DNA of 64,000 nucleotides from an uncultured delta proteobacterium (GTDB lineage: Bacteria; Desulfobacterota; Binatia; DP-6): contig CAWFFN010000009.1 of assembly GCA_963815115.1 (NCBI GenBank), positions 1,824,001 to 1,888,000 on the forward strand. Direction: 5' to 3'. Of the stretch, positions 31,640 to 44,218 are shown in pieces. The first letter of the stretch is position 1; every line of letters starts with the position of its first letter. A program made the position numbers and the translations under genes. Below the pieces are notes generated by a model that worked only from the letters and a program-made list of their open reading frames with translations, had not been told where the DNA came from and did no database searches.

Positions 31640-31784
31640 GGCAGGCCTCCTACCGGAAAGAACAATTTGCCAGGCGACCGCTGGTTCGATCGGTGCCCGA
31701 GGAGTTCACCCGGGCAACGACATGCCGCACTGGCTGGCGCCGGTGTCGTCATCCTACGCCCCGGGAATTCGAACGGAAGTAGCA

Positions 31785-31816
31785 GCCGAGATCCCGGCAA
31801 CCGCCGAGATCTCGGC
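31785..31816. promoter_or_regulatory. Tandem palindromic enhancer (UAS) B
   Basis: GCCGAGATCCCGGC-AACC-GCCGAGATCTCGGC. Confidence 0.7.
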
Positions 31817-31918
31817 ACGATCGACCGTCTGCAGGGTCGAGAGCGGCAGTGCCGTCGGGCCGGTGAAACCGCCATCGTCCGTGCCGGTGCACTCCTTCGG
31901 CCGGCGCCTGCGGCGGGG

Positions 31919-31933
31919 CGGCATGGCAATTGC
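31919..31933 (+). promoter_or_regulatory. Sigma-54 promoter for the iorAB operon
   Basis: CGGCAT-GGCAA-TTGC with exact GG-N10-GC spacing. Confidence 0.75.
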
Positions 31934-32027
31934 GGAGTGGCAGCGTGGTGGAGACCCACCGAGATTCGAGAATGTGCCCCCGGGAGGCCGGGAGCAGCCC
32001 CGCGGAGCGTCACCCCTGGAGACGGGC

Positions 32028-32480
32028 ATGGTGACCCTGCGAGTGAACGGGAAATCGCGCGCGGTGGACGCGGACCCGAACACGCCGCTGCTCTGGGTCC
32101 TGCGCGACGACCTGAGGCTGACCGGCACGAAGTTCGGCTGTGGCGTGGCCCAGTGCGGGGCATGCACGGTCCACCTCGACGGCAAGGCCGCGCGCTCCTG
32201 CGTGACGCCGGTCGGCGCCGTCCGTGGCCGCGAGGTCGTCACCATCGAGGGCGTGTCGAGCAAGACGGCGAAGGCCGTTCAGGACTCCTGGCGCACCCTC
32301 GACGTCGTGCAGTGCGGCTACTGTCAGTCCGGCCAGATCATGTCGGCGATCGCGCTTCTGGACGAGCTCCCCCACCCGTCCGACGACGACATCGACGCGG
32401 CGATGACCGGCAACGTCTGCCGGTGCGCCACCTACGTCCGCATCCGGGCCGCCATCAAGGACGCAGCCCAGAACCTGTGA
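32028..32480 (+). CDS. iorA: Aldehyde/isoquinoline oxidoreductase small (2Fe-2S) subunit
   Basis: [26 protein letters not shown] cluster ligands. Confidence 0.92.
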   Translation: MVTLRVNGKSRAVDADPNTPLLWVLRDDLRLTGTKFGCGVAQCGACTVHLDGKAARSCVTPVGAVRGREVVTIEGVSSKTAKAVQDSWRTLDVVQCGYCQSGQIMSAIALLDELPHPSDDDIDAAMTGNVCRCATYVRIRAAIKDAAQNL

Positions 32481-34657
32481 TGCCCGCGGAATCGGTCACA
32501 TCGCACCCGCCGCTGGAGCTGACCCGCCGTCGCTTCCTCGAGGCGGGCGCCGTTGCGGGTGCGGGTCTGCTGATCGGGTTCAACCTGCGGCGCGGGCGAG
32601 GCATCGCGGAAGCGGCCGGCGCGTGGGAGCCGAACGCGTTCGTCCGCATCGCGCCGGACAGCACGGTGACGGTGATCGCCAAGCACATCGAGATCGGCCA
32701 GGGAGCCTACACCGGGCTGGCGACGCTGGTGGCCGAGGAGCTGGACGCCGACTGGTCGCAGGTCCGGGTCGAGTCGGCCCCGGCCGACGAGAACGTCTAC
32801 AAGAACCTCAGGGTCGGCGCCCAGCTCACCGGCGGCAGCTCGTCGATGGCGAACTCCTGGGACCAGCTTCGCAACGCGGGCGCCCTCGCGCGCGCGATGC
32901 TGGTGTCCGCTGCCGCGGCGGAATGGGGTGTTCCGGCGACGGAGGTCACGGTCGAGCGCGGCGTCGTGCTCCACGCGTCCTCGAGCCGCCGCGCCAGCTT
33001 CGGCGAGCTCGCCACGAAGGCGGCGACGATGCCGCAACCGGCGGCGGTGACGGTCAAGGATGCGAAGGACTGGAAGCTGATCGGCGCCCGGCTGCCGCGG
33101 CTGGACTCGAAGGAGAAGACCGACGGCTCGGCGCAGTTCACGATCGACGTCTACCTGCCGGACATGCTGACGGCGCTCATCGCGCGGCCGCCGCGCTTCG
33201 GGGCCCGGGTGAAGCGCTTCGACGCGTCTCCCGCGCTGCAGGTGAAGGGGGTCAAGCAGGTCGTCGAGGTGCCGACCGGAGTCGCCGTCGTCGCGGACGG
33301 ATTCTGGGCGGCGCGCCAGGGCCGCGCGGCGCTGACGATCGAGTGGGACGAGGACGCGGCCGAGATGCGCGGCACCGAGGAGCTGTTCGACGCCTACCGC
33401 GCACTGGCGCAGCAGCCCGGCACGCCCGCTCGGCACGACGGGGATCCGGCCGCGGCGATCAAGGGGGCGCCGCACGTGCTCGAGGCCGTCTACGAGTTCC
33501 CCTATCTCGCGCACGCGCCGATGGAGCCGCTCGACTGCGTCATCCGCCTCGGGGCGGATGGCTGCGAGATCTGGGCCGGGTCGCAGGCCCAGACGACCGA
33601 TCAGTACACGGTCTCCAAGGTCCTGGGGTTACCGGTCGAGAAGGTCCGGATCCACACCATGCTCGGTGGCGGGAGCTTCGGCCGGCGGGCCACGCCGGAC
33701 GGCGACGTGGCCGGCGAGGCGGCCAGCATCGCCAGGGCGATTGGCGGGCGCCGGGCGGTCAAGCTGGTCTGGACGCGCGAGGACGACATCAGGGGCGGGC
33801 GCTACCGGCCGCAGTACGTGCACTACCTCAGCGCGGGCCTCGATCGGTCCGGCCGCATCCTGGGCTGGCAGCATCGCATCGTCGGCCAGTCCATCCTGAG
33901 GGGCACGCCCTTCGAGGCGAGGATGCTCAAGAACGGGATCGACGGGACCTCGGTCGAGGGCGCCGTCAACCTGCCGTACGCCGTCGGGAGCATCGGTGTG
34001 GAGCTGCAGACGACCGACGTCGGCGTGCCGGTGCTGTGGTGGCGGTCGGTCGGCAGCACGCATACCGCGTTCTCGACCGAGACGTTCATCGACGAGCTGG
34101 CGCACGCGGCGCGCCGGGACCCGGTCGAGTACCGCCGGAAGCTTCTCAAGGGACATCCGCGGCATCTCGCCGCGCTCGAGCTGGCCGCGGAGGCGGCGGG
34201 CTGGGGCACGCCGCTTCCGGCCGGCCGGGCGCGCGGCGTCGCCGTGCACGAGTCGTTCAACACCGCGGTGGCGGAGATCGCCGAGGTCTCGCTCGGTCCG
34301 GACGGGCTGCCCAGGGTCGAGCGCGTCGTGTGCGCGGTCGACTGCGGCGTCGCCATCAATCCGGACGTGGTCCGGGCGCAGATGGAAGGCGGGATCGGGT
34401 TCGGCCTGGGTGCCGCGCTACTGAACGAGATCACGCTCTTCGAGGGCCGGGTCCAGCAGTCGAACTTCCACGACTACCACCCGATCCGGATCGAGCGGAT
34501 GCCGGCGATCGAGGTCCACATCGTGCCCTCGGCGGCGCCGCCGACCGGCGTCGGCGAGCCCGGCGTGCCCCCGATCGCGCCCGCGGTGGCGAACGCGATG
34601 TTCCAGCTCACCGGGAAGCGCGTGCGGCGCCTGCCGTTCGCGAGGCGCGAGGCATGA
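32480..34657 (+). CDS. iorB: Molybdopterin-binding large subunit (IorB-type) with Tat signal
   Basis: TRRRFL Tat motif, [23 protein letters not shown]. Confidence 0.92.
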   Translation: MPAESVTSHPPLELTRRRFLEAGAVAGAGLLIGFNLRRGRGIAEAAGAWEPNAFVRIAPDSTVTVIAKHIEIGQGAYTGLATLVAEELDADWSQVRVESAPADENVYKNLRVGAQLTGGSSSMANSWDQLRNAGALARAMLVSAAAAEWGVPATEVTVERGVVLHASSSRRASFGELATKAATMPQPAAVTVKDAKDWKLIGARLPRLDSKEKTDGSAQFTIDVYLPDMLTALIARPPRFGARVKRFDASPALQVKGVKQVVEVPTGVAVVADGFWAARQGRAALTIEWDEDAAEMRGTEELFDAYRALAQQPGTPARHDGDPAAAIKGAPHVLEAVYEFPYLAHAPMEPLDCVIRLGADGCEIWAGSQAQTTDQYTVSKVLGLPVEKVRIHTMLGGGSFGRRATPDGDVAGEAASIARAIGGRRAVKLVWTREDDIRGGRYRPQYVHYLSAGLDRSGRILGWQHRIVGQSILRGTPFEARMLKNGIDGTSVEGAVNLPYAVGSIGVELQTTDVGVPVLWWRSVGSTHTAFSTETFIDELAHAARRDPVEYRRKLLKGHPRHLAALELAAEAAGWGTPLPAGRARGVAVHESFNTAVAEIAEVSLGPDGLPRVERVVCAVDCGVAINPDVVRAQMEGGIGFGLGAALLNEITLFEGRVQQSNFHDYHPIRIERMPAIEVHIVPSAAPPTGVGEPGVPPIAPAVANAMFQLTGKRVRRLPFARREA

Positions 34658-35253
34658 AACGGCACCTGGTGGCCGTCCTCGGCGTCGCCGCGTGCCTGCT
34701 CCCGGCCCTCGCCGCCGCGCAGGCCGGACGGACCCTCCAGCCACCGAGCGCGTTCGCGGGAATCACCGACCAGCGGCAACGCTCCGAAGCGCTCTTCGTG
34801 GAAGCGGGCAAGGTCCTGCAGAATCCGCGCTGCGTGAACTGTCACCCTGCCGGCGATCGTCCCTTGCAGGGCGACGACGGGCATCCTCACGAGCCCGCCG
34901 TGCGCCGCGGTCCGGAGGGACATGGCGCTGCGGGATTGCACTGCGCGACCTGTCACCCCGCCGCGAACTACGACGCGGTCGGCATGCCGGGACATCCCGA
35001 TTGGCACCTGGCGCCGATCTCGATGGCGTGGCAGGGTCGCTCCCTGTCCCAGATCTGCGCGCAGCTGAAGGATCCGACGCGCAATGGCGGGCGCAGCCTC
35101 GCCCAGATCGTGGAGCACATGTCTCGCGACTCGCTCGTCGGGTGGGGGTGGGCGCCAGGAGTCGGACGCGAGCCGGCACCCGGTACGCAAGCCATGCTGG
35201 GTGAGCTCATCAAGGCCTGGGTCGATACGGGAGCGGCGTGTCCGCAGGGCTGA
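34654..35253 (+). CDS. Exported diheme cytochrome c accessory subunit of IorAB
   Basis: Signal peptide; CVNCH and CATCH motifs; ATGA overlap with iorB. Confidence 0.85.
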   Translation: MKRHLVAVLGVAACLLPALAAAQAGRTLQPPSAFAGITDQRQRSEALFVEAGKVLQNPRCVNCHPAGDRPLQGDDGHPHEPAVRRGPEGHGAAGLHCATCHPAANYDAVGMPGHPDWHLAPISMAWQGRSLSQICAQLKDPTRNGGRSLAQIVEHMSRDSLVGWGWAPGVGREPAPGTQAMLGELIKAWVDTGAACPQG

Positions 35254-36404
35254 TGCGCGACGTCCTCGACGCGTGGCGGAGGTCGGAGCAGCGCGGTGAG
35301 CAGGCCGTGCTCGCGACGATCGTGCGCGTGGAGGGTTCCAGCTACCGGCGCGCGGGCGCCCGGCTCCTCGTCACGGCGAGCGGCGTGCCGGTCGGGACGA
35401 TCAGCGGCGGATGCGTCGAGCGCAATCTCGGGCATCGTGCGTGGTGGCTCACGGCAGCGGGCCGTCCCGCTCTCGTGTCGTACGACGCGAGCGCAGCCGA
35501 CGACGGCGAGGAGGACGCGGGCTCCGGATGCGGAGGGGTCGTGTCGGTCTTGCTGGAGCGGCTCACGCCCGGCGACCCGAACCCGCTGCACGTCATCGAC
35601 GCGGTCCGCCGGGTGCGCCGGCCGGGCGTCGTGGTGACGACGCTCGCCGACGAGGCGGCGCCGGGCGCGCTCGGTGCCCACTGTCTCGGGTTCCCCGACG
35701 GCACGCTGTGGTCCTCGTCCGACTGCGACGCCGCTGCGGCGCTGCGGACGGTCGCCGAGCACGCCCTCGCGACGGGCGCGCGCGAGGGGGTCCGCGTCAC
35801 CACGGTCGCGGGCGTCCCGGCGCTCGTCGAGGTCGTCGCGCCGCCGCCGGCGCTCGTCATCCTCGGCACGGCCGCCGCCGCCCGGACGCTGCTCGCCTTC
35901 GCGAATGCGCTCGAGTGGGACGTGACCGTGAGCGGCAGCCACGCGGGCAGGACACGGCCTGCGCTCTTCCCGCTGGCCGACCGCGTCGTCCTGACATCAC
36001 CCGATGAGCCGCTGCGCGGTGTGCCGCTCGACGCGCAGAGTGCGGTCGCGGTGATGACCCACAGTCTCAGCCTCGATCGGACCATCCTGCGCGCGCTGCG
36101 CGAAGTGCCGCTGCGCTATCTCGGTCTGCTCGGCCCGCGTCACCGCACCGAGGGCCTGCTGGCGGAGGTGTTCGGCGACGACGCCGCGGGGCTGGCTCGC
36201 ATGCGCGCGCGGCTTCACGCCCCGATCGGGCTCGACATCGGGGCCGACGGTCCGGACGAGATCGCGCTCGCGATCCTCGCCGAGATCCGGGCCGTGCTGG
36301 CGTGCCGCTCCGGCGGTCACCTGCACGCGCGCCCCGCGCCGCTGCACGGCGCCGCACGCGTCACGCCCCTGGCGCGCCACTCGGCGATCGGTGGGCGCCG
36401 GTGA
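35253..36404 (+). CDS. xdhC: XdhC/CoxI family Moco chaperone
   Basis: [36 protein letters not shown]. Confidence 0.9.
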   Translation: MRDVLDAWRRSEQRGEQAVLATIVRVEGSSYRRAGARLLVTASGVPVGTISGGCVERNLGHRAWWLTAAGRPALVSYDASAADDGEEDAGSGCGGVVSVLLERLTPGDPNPLHVIDAVRRVRRPGVVVTTLADEAAPGALGAHCLGFPDGTLWSSSDCDAAAALRTVAEHALATGAREGVRVTTVAGVPALVEVVAPPPALVILGTAAAARTLLAFANALEWDVTVSGSHAGRTRPALFPLADRVVLTSPDEPLRGVPLDAQSAVAVMTHSLSLDRTILRALREVPLRYLGLLGPRHRTEGLLAEVFGDDAAGLARMRARLHAPIGLDIGADGPDEIALAILAEIRAVLACRSGGHLHARPAPLHGAARVTPLARHSAIGGRR

Positions 36405-37072
36405 TCCGGGAAGGCGTGCCAGGCCGCGTCGCGATCGTCGTGCTCGCCGCCGGCGGCTCGACGCGAATGGGCGAGCCGAAGCAGCTGCTGTCGTTTCGCG
36501 GCACCTCGTTCCTCCGGGCCGCCGCGAAGGAAGCGCTGGCGTCGCGATGCCAGCCCGTGTGCGTGGTGCTCGGCAGCCGGGCCGATCTGCTCGAGCGCGA
36601 GGTCGCGGACCTGCCCGTCGCGGTGGCGCTGAACCGCGGGTGGGCGAGCGGCATGGCGTCGTCGATCCGCACCGGTCTCGAGACCGTCGTCGAGGTTGCG
36701 CCCCGCTCCGAAGCCGCCGTCTTCATGCTCTGTGACCAGCCGCTGGTCACGGCGGAGGTTCTCGACGGGCTGGTGCGAGCGTGGGGCGCGACGGGCCGAT
36801 CGATCGTCGCCAGCGCGTACGGCGAGGGGTACGGCGTGCCGGCGCTCTTCGCACGATCCTGGTTCGGCGACCTGTCGAGGCTCGCGGGCGACGCCGGTGC
36901 CCGGCCGATCATCCGGGCCCACGCCGCCCAGGCGGCGCTCGTGCCCTTTCCCGGGGGTGCCGTCGACGTGGACTCCCCGGAGGACTACGCGCGCCTCACG
37001 CGAAGCCGGCCGGCCGGTCACGTCCTCGAGCGGGGACACGGGGCCGCGGCGATCCCTGACGGCCCCGGGTGA
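36401..37072 (+). CDS. mocA: Molybdenum cofactor cytidylyltransferase (MocA-like)
   Basis: LAAGGSTRMGEPKQLL, GMASSI, LCDQP, GDAGAR, DVDSPED. Confidence 0.85.
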   Translation: MIREGVPGRVAIVVLAAGGSTRMGEPKQLLSFRGTSFLRAAAKEALASRCQPVCVVLGSRADLLEREVADLPVAVALNRGWASGMASSIRTGLETVVEVAPRSEAAVFMLCDQPLVTAEVLDGLVRAWGATGRSIVASAYGEGYGVPALFARSWFGDLSRLAGDAGARPIIRAHAAQAALVPFPGGAVDVDSPEDYARLTRSRPAGHVLERGHGAAAIPDGPG

Positions 37073-37085
37073 GCACCTGCCGCCG

Positions 37086-37763
37086 TCACTCCCGGTGAAG
37101 CGGCGACACGTCGGAAAGGTCCTGGTGAATCGAGTCGACCTCGCTGTCGATGGCCTGGACGGCGGCGGCGACAAGCGCCGGATTCATCCCTGCCGGCAGG
37201 TCGCCCTCGAAGCGCGTCGCGCCTTCGGGGTCGATCCTCACGCTCAACCAGCCGTTCGTCCCGTTCTCGTCGGAGCGCAGCAGCGCCCGGTAGGTGCCCT
37301 CGAGGTCTCCTCTCGTCGAGATGTTCCGGGTGAGGTTTGCATCGTGGCCCGTCCCCGCACGTCCGAACACGTCGGTCCTGACGGCGGGACCGCCCGCCGG
37401 CTCGATCGTGATGCGCAGCGCGTCCCGGTCCCACGAGGGAACGATCCGTCCGATCACCGGCGCATTCTCGCTCGTTCCGTTACGGACCACCGCGGCGTCG
37501 GGCCCGTTCGACCACACGCCGGCGACCGGTCTTCCGCCGCTCTTGTAGACGAACATCGGCTCACCCGGGCGCCGGAACAGCCCCGTGGGCACGAGCGCGC
37601 CCGCCGTGGCCCCCTGGGTGGTCACGAGGCCGCGATGGGTCAGCTCCGCCGAGAACGGCGCCGCGGACGCGGTGCCCGCGAGGAGCGCGGCTCCGCAGGC
37701 GACCATCGTGCCGGCACCGAGCAGCCGGCGGAGTCGTGGACCGTGTGTCTTCCGGGACGTCAT
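37086..37763 (-). CDS. Exported hypothetical protein
   Basis: AGGAGG RBS, signal peptide ending ASA-A, beta-rich body. Confidence 0.7.
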   Translation of the reverse strand: MTSRKTHGPRLRRLLGAGTMVACGAALLAGTASAAPFSAELTHRGLVTTQGATAGALVPTGLFRRPGEPMFVYKSGGRPVAGVWSNGPDAAVVRNGTSENAPVIGRIVPSWDRDALRITIEPAGGPAVRTDVFGRAGTGHDANLTRNISTRGDLEGTYRALLRSDENGTNGWLSVRIDPEGATRFEGDLPAGMNPALVAAAVQAIDSEVDSIHQDLSDVSPLHRE

Positions 37764-37789
37764 GAGTACACCTCCTCTGGTGAATGGTT

Positions 37790-38271
37790 TCATACGGGGG
37801 GCGGACCGACGTAGCGGACCCTGCCGGCGCGCACCAGGTCGTCGAGCGTGCCGAGCACCTCCTCGACGGGGGTCACCGCGTCGAAGCCGTGCAGCTGATA
37901 GAGGTCGATGTGGTCGGTGCCGAGCCGTCGCAGGCTTCCCTCGACGGCCCGGATCAGATGATGGCGCGAGGAGCCGACGTCGTTCGGACCCGGTCCCGAA
38001 CGGAAGGTGCCCTTGGTGGAGATGATCACCTGGTCGCGGCGGCCGTCGATCGCACGCCCCAGGATCTCCTCGGCCATGCCGTCGGAGTAGATGTCCGCCG
38101 AGTCGAACATGGTGAGGCCCGCTTCCAGGCAGATGTCGACGAGCCTCGTCGCCTCCGCCACGTCGCTCGCGCCCCAGGCTCTGAAGAGCTCGTTGCCGCC
38201 GCCGAAGGTGCCGGTCCCGAGGCTCAGCGCCGGGACCTTGAACCCCCGCCTCCGAGCTGCCGGAATTCCAT
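37790..38271 (-). pseudogene. 3'-truncated aldo/keto reductase
   Basis: MEFRQLG then a frameshift to FKVPALSLGT, FDSADIYS, ISTKG, YQLHGFD; ends abruptly after VRYVG. Confidence 0.8.
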
Positions 38272-38299
38272 CGTCGCCTCCCTTCCGCATCATGGGAAG

Positions 38300-38314
38300 G
38301 CAATCTCCGTGCCG
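38300..38314 (-). promoter_or_regulatory. Sigma-54 promoter for the truncated AKR gene
   Basis: Minus strand CGGCAC-GGAGA-TTGC. Confidence 0.8.
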
Positions 38315-38356
38315 GGAGCGAGCGTCCCCTCCTTCGTCGACTACCGCCACGCCGCT

Positions 38357-38389
38357 GCCGACATGTCGCCCACGTGCCGAGATATCGGC
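38357..38389. promoter_or_regulatory. Tandem palindromic enhancer (UAS) C
   Basis: GCCGACATGTCGCC-CACGT-GCCGAGATATCGGC. Confidence 0.7.
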
Positions 38390-38480
38390 ATTCCCCGGCG
38401 AAAGGCGCCGGCTCGTGCTGCTCGCGGCGCCGCTTGAACGACGACCTCGGTCTGGCACAGATTCTCCACCACTCCTCGCC

Positions 38481-39482
38481 ATGGACATCCGCGACGGCAT
38501 CCTCGAGACCATCGGCAACACGCCACTCATCCGGCTGCGCAAGGCCTCGGAGCTGACCGGCTGCACGATCCTCGGCAAGGCCGAGTTCCTGAACCCCGGC
38601 GGCTCCATCAAGGATCGCGCCGCACTCGCCATCGTCGCCGACGCCGAGGCCCGGGGGCTGATCCGTCCCGGCGGCGTGGTCGTCGAGGGAACGGCCGGCA
38701 ACACCGGCATCGGATTGACGCTGGTGGGCAACGCGCGCGGCTATCGCACGGTGATCGTCCTCCCCGAGACCCAGTCCCAGGAGAAGAAGGACATGCTGCG
38801 GCTGGTCGGCGCCGAGGTGCGCGAGGTGCCGGCGGTCCCGTACGCGAATCCGGGCAACTACGTGCACGTGTCCGAACGGGTGGCGAAGGAGCTCGCCGTC
38901 AGCGAGCCCAACGGTGCCTTCTGGGCGAACCAGTGGGACAACGTCGCCAATCGGCGCGGCCACTACGTGACGACCGGGCCCGAGATCTGGCGCCAGACCG
39001 ACGGGAAGGTCGACGGCTTCGTGTGCGCGGTCGGCACCGGCGGCACGCTGTCGGGCGTGGGACTGTTCCTGAAGGAGCGCAATCCGAAGATCCGCGTCGG
39101 CCTCGCGGACCCGATGGGCGCCGCGCTCTACAGCTACTTCAAGCACGGCGAGCTCAGGGCGCAAGGCACCTCGATCACCGAGGGCATCGGCCAGGGCCGC
39201 ATCACGAAGAACATCGAGGGCGCACCGATCGACGTGCCGTACCAGATTTCCGACGAGGAGGCGTTGCCGATCATCTTCGACCTGCTGAAGGACGAGGGGC
39301 TGTGCCTCGGCGGCTCGAGCGGCATCAACGTCGCGGGCGCCATCCGCCTGGCACGCGAGCTGGGGCCGGGCCACGTCGTCGTCACCGTGCTCGCCGACTA
39401 CGGCAACCGCTACCAGAGCAAGCTGTTCAACCCGGCGTTCCTCCGATCGAAGAACCTGCCGGTGCCCGGCTGGCTCGCCTGA
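38481..39482 (+). CDS. cysK: Cysteine synthase family protein
   Basis: IGNTPL, KAEFLNPGGSIKDR (PLP Lys), TAGNTG, GTGGT, GGSSG. Confidence 0.92.
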   Translation: MDIRDGILETIGNTPLIRLRKASELTGCTILGKAEFLNPGGSIKDRAALAIVADAEARGLIRPGGVVVEGTAGNTGIGLTLVGNARGYRTVIVLPETQSQEKKDMLRLVGAEVREVPAVPYANPGNYVHVSERVAKELAVSEPNGAFWANQWDNVANRRGHYVTTGPEIWRQTDGKVDGFVCAVGTGGTLSGVGLFLKERNPKIRVGLADPMGAALYSYFKHGELRAQGTSITEGIGQGRITKNIEGAPIDVPYQISDEEALPIIFDLLKDEGLCLGGSSGINVAGAIRLARELGPGHVVVTVLADYGNRYQSKLFNPAFLRSKNLPVPGWLA

Positions 39483-39494
39483 CGCGCCCTGCGA

Positions 39495-41620
<2,126 letters not shown>

Positions 41621-41702
41621 CCATGGTCGGTCTACCTGCCGGTCCGAGGGGAGTCCACCGTGGTCGTGCGGGCGTCGTCCCGGAGACGACGTCCGCGGAG
41701 CG

Positions 41703-41984
41703 TCACTCCTCGGCGCGGTTCGGCTCGCTCTGACGCGGCTCCTTGCAGCTGTTCTCGTAGCACGAGCCCAGGTAGCCGGCGCAGCGTTTCTGCGCGCTCC
41801 TGCTGGAGCCCAGGCTCTGCAGGCAGCGGATGTGCTGGGCCTGGCATTCGATGAGGCAGCGTTGGTCGGCCTCGGTGGCGACGCCGGGCGGGGAGGGGAG
41901 CTTGACGGAGCAGCCGGCGAGGGTGGCCGCCAGCGCGGCGACCAGGAGCCGCCGGGGCGTCGAAGGCGGCGGAGGCGTCACCAC
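41703..41984 (-). CDS. Small Cys-rich lipoprotein
   Basis: Lipobox LAGC followed by six further Cys (Cx3Cx6C...Cx6Cx4C). Confidence 0.6.
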   Translation of the reverse strand: MVTPPPPSTPRRLLVAALAATLAGCSVKLPSPPGVATEADQRCLIECQAQHIRCLQSLGSSRSAQKRCAGYLGSCYENSCKEPRQSEPNRAEE

Positions 41985-42172
41985 GGATTCGATCGGACGA
42001 TCGCTCGACGGCAACGTGCCCGCACGAGGGGAGGCTAGCGCAGATCTGCCAGCGGGTAACAACCGTACACCAGAGTGCACACCAGAAAGCTTATACGCTC
42101 CAAAAAATGGGGAGATGAGAATGAACCCACGCTCGGCACGAGCCGGTGCACCTCGAAGGGGGAGAAATTGAG

Positions 42173-43792
42173 ATGCCATCCATCGACGTAGTCATGGGCG
42201 GCCTGCTCGTCCTGCTGGCCGCGAGTGATCGGTTCAATACCCCACTCACGAACAGATCGTCGACGACGGCGATTCGGTACCACTCGGCGGCGACGGCGTA
42301 CTACGTGATCGCACTGTCGGCATATCTCCTCATCGTGACCTCGGCGCAGCCGCTGTCGGTTCTTTCTCGGTTCGTGCAGGGGATCGGAGGCGGACCGGGC
42401 GGCCCATCGCCCGCTCTGATCGCGGCGTTCGCGCTCGGTGCATTGTTGCCTCGCACTCCCGGGGTCTGCGACATCGACAACTGGCTTCGCCGGCGGCTGC
42501 AAGCGATGGCTGCGATCCCGCAGGAGGTGCGCCGGCTCGCCGCGGAGATACGGCGCGCACGATTCGATCCTCCCGCCGACTTGCAGGAGCACACGAGGCT
42601 GTTCGTCGAAGAACTCGGAATGGACAGGTCGCAGCTCGATTTCGGCGGGAGATCTCCGGCGCGGGTCGCATGGACCAAGCTCAGTGTACTTCGAGTGGTG
42701 CTCGATCAATGGGAAGAAGACCGGAGGTTTGCTGCCTTCATGAGCGCGTTCAGGTCGGACGTCGAGGACATCAAAGCGCGATACGGACGCCTGGTGCCCA
42801 AGGCGAAGACCGCCCTGTACGTAGCCGGCGAAGGCTTGCACTCCGACGGGGTAGGCGACGCACGGCACACGCAGGCGGCACTGGCCTATCTGACGGATTT
42901 CCAGGACCAGGCCGGTGAGTGCGCGCATGCGCTGCTGGCGTTCATGAGCAGGGCGTTGCTCCAGTGCGACCTCACGCACAAGGCTCGGGTGGGGCATCTC
43001 CGGTCGATCGGGTTCGGCGTCCGATCAATGGACAAACGCTTCGCACTCGACGAGCTCTTGATGGTCGGCCTGGCGGCCTGGGTGATCGTACTGTTCGGCT
43101 TCATTTGCGTTCCCGGAATCGTCGCCTCGGTGTCGATAGACGAGATATTGGCCCGGACGCTCATGATCGCCGTCATCTACAGCGTGGGCGTGGCGTGCGC
43201 CATCTACGAGCGAGAGCATCGACCGAACGAGATGCCGCGTGCTCGGGTACGGCCGGTTGCGCGATACCTCGCGGTTGCCCTCGTCGCGTCGGCGTGCGGT
43301 CTGATGATCAGCCTCTGGTTCCACGTCGCAATCTTCACGAGCTTCTCGAAGGGCCTGGAGCGGCTGATGATCGTCTACCCGTGGTTCGTTCTCACTTTTC
43401 TGATCACGTTCATGACCGCGGTATGTCTCGACAACGCCGCGCCCGCCGGCGGACGCGGACGGCTGCGCGCGATCGAGGGAAGTTCGATGGCGCTCGTGAT
43501 GCTGCTCGCCGCTTGCGGCGTCCGGGCGTGGCTGGGGCAGCGGGCGACTTCAGCGGGCGCGGCGGGCTACAGGGTACCGCCTCTTGCCGGCGTCATGATG
43601 ATATCGGCTGGCATCGGCCTCTTCGTCGGCTGGTTCGTGCCGACCTGGTATCGCGAGGCGCCGCGGAGATCGATCGGCGAGGATACCGGGGATCATGAAG
43701 GTGCCCCGGCATCGAACGTGATCTCGCTGACGCCGGACGACGGGGTAGGAGCTACCGTCGACCACACCGGGACCGGCAATCGGGCGGCCTGA
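42173..43792 (+). CDS. Multi-pass membrane hypothetical protein
   Basis: About 539 aa with N- and C-terminal TM bundles and a soluble middle; more A/T at third codon positions than neighbouring genes; GGAG RBS. Confidence 0.75.
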   Translation: MPSIDVVMGGLLVLLAASDRFNTPLTNRSSTTAIRYHSAATAYYVIALSAYLLIVTSAQPLSVLSRFVQGIGGGPGGPSPALIAAFALGALLPRTPGVCDIDNWLRRRLQAMAAIPQEVRRLAAEIRRARFDPPADLQEHTRLFVEELGMDRSQLDFGGRSPARVAWTKLSVLRVVLDQWEEDRRFAAFMSAFRSDVEDIKARYGRLVPKAKTALYVAGEGLHSDGVGDARHTQAALAYLTDFQDQAGECAHALLAFMSRALLQCDLTHKARVGHLRSIGFGVRSMDKRFALDELLMVGLAAWVIVLFGFICVPGIVASVSIDEILARTLMIAVIYSVGVACAIYEREHRPNEMPRARVRPVARYLAVALVASACGLMISLWFHVAIFTSFSKGLERLMIVYPWFVLTFLITFMTAVCLDNAAPAGGRGRLRAIEGSSMALVMLLAACGVRAWLGQRATSAGAAGYRVPPLAGVMMISAGIGLFVGWFVPTWYREAPRRSIGEDTGDHEGAPASNVISLTPDDGVGATVDHTGTGNRAA

Positions 43793-43810
43793 GTCGAACT
43801 GCCGCTGGGC

Positions 43811-44218
43811 TCACCGGCAGTCCTGCCCGCCGAAGATGTTGGGCCGGCATGTCCGGGTCTTCCCGTTCGGGTACCTGAGGTCTCGCCCTCCGAAGATGTT
43901 CGGTACCGACTGCACGCGCCCGCCGTTCGGGAGCTGGTAGTCCTCGCCGCCGAGGACGTTGGGCGACGAGCGGGTCGTGCCTTCCCGGGTCCGGATGTCG
44001 TCGCCTCCGAAGATGTTCGGCTGCGAGGTCGAGCGCCTGCCGCCGGGACCCTCGGTGTCGACGCCCCCGAAGATGTTGGGCCTGGACGTGGAGCGTCCCC
44101 CGGGACCCTCGCAGTCCTGTCCCCCGAAGATGTTGGGGCGGCACGTGACCTGACCCGGCGCCGCCACCGGGACGGCGAGCAGCCCGAGCAGACCGGCGAG
44201 GACGAAGGCTCCCCTCAT
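43811..44218 (-). CDS. Secreted protein of six PNIFGG.D repeats
   Basis: Signal peptide plus six 19-20-aa repeats; ATGA overlap with the WYL gene stop. Confidence 0.8.
   Translation of the reverse strand: MRGAFVLAGLLGLLAVPVAAPGQVTCRPNIFGGQDCEGPGGRSTSRPNIFGGVDTEGPGGRRSTSQPNIFGGDDIRTREGTTRSSPNVLGGEDYQLPNGGRVQSVPNIFGGRDLRYPNGKTRTCRPNIFGGQDCR

Noticed and set aside
38453-38468. TGGCACAGATTCTCC upstream of cysK as a sigma-54 promoter
   Set aside because: The -24 element is good but the -12 lacks the essential GC.
43820-44150. Regularly spaced CCGAAGATGTT repeats resembling a CRISPR array
   Set aside because: They are codon-level repeats of the PNIFGG peptide within an ORF, vary at wobble positions, and no cas genes are present.
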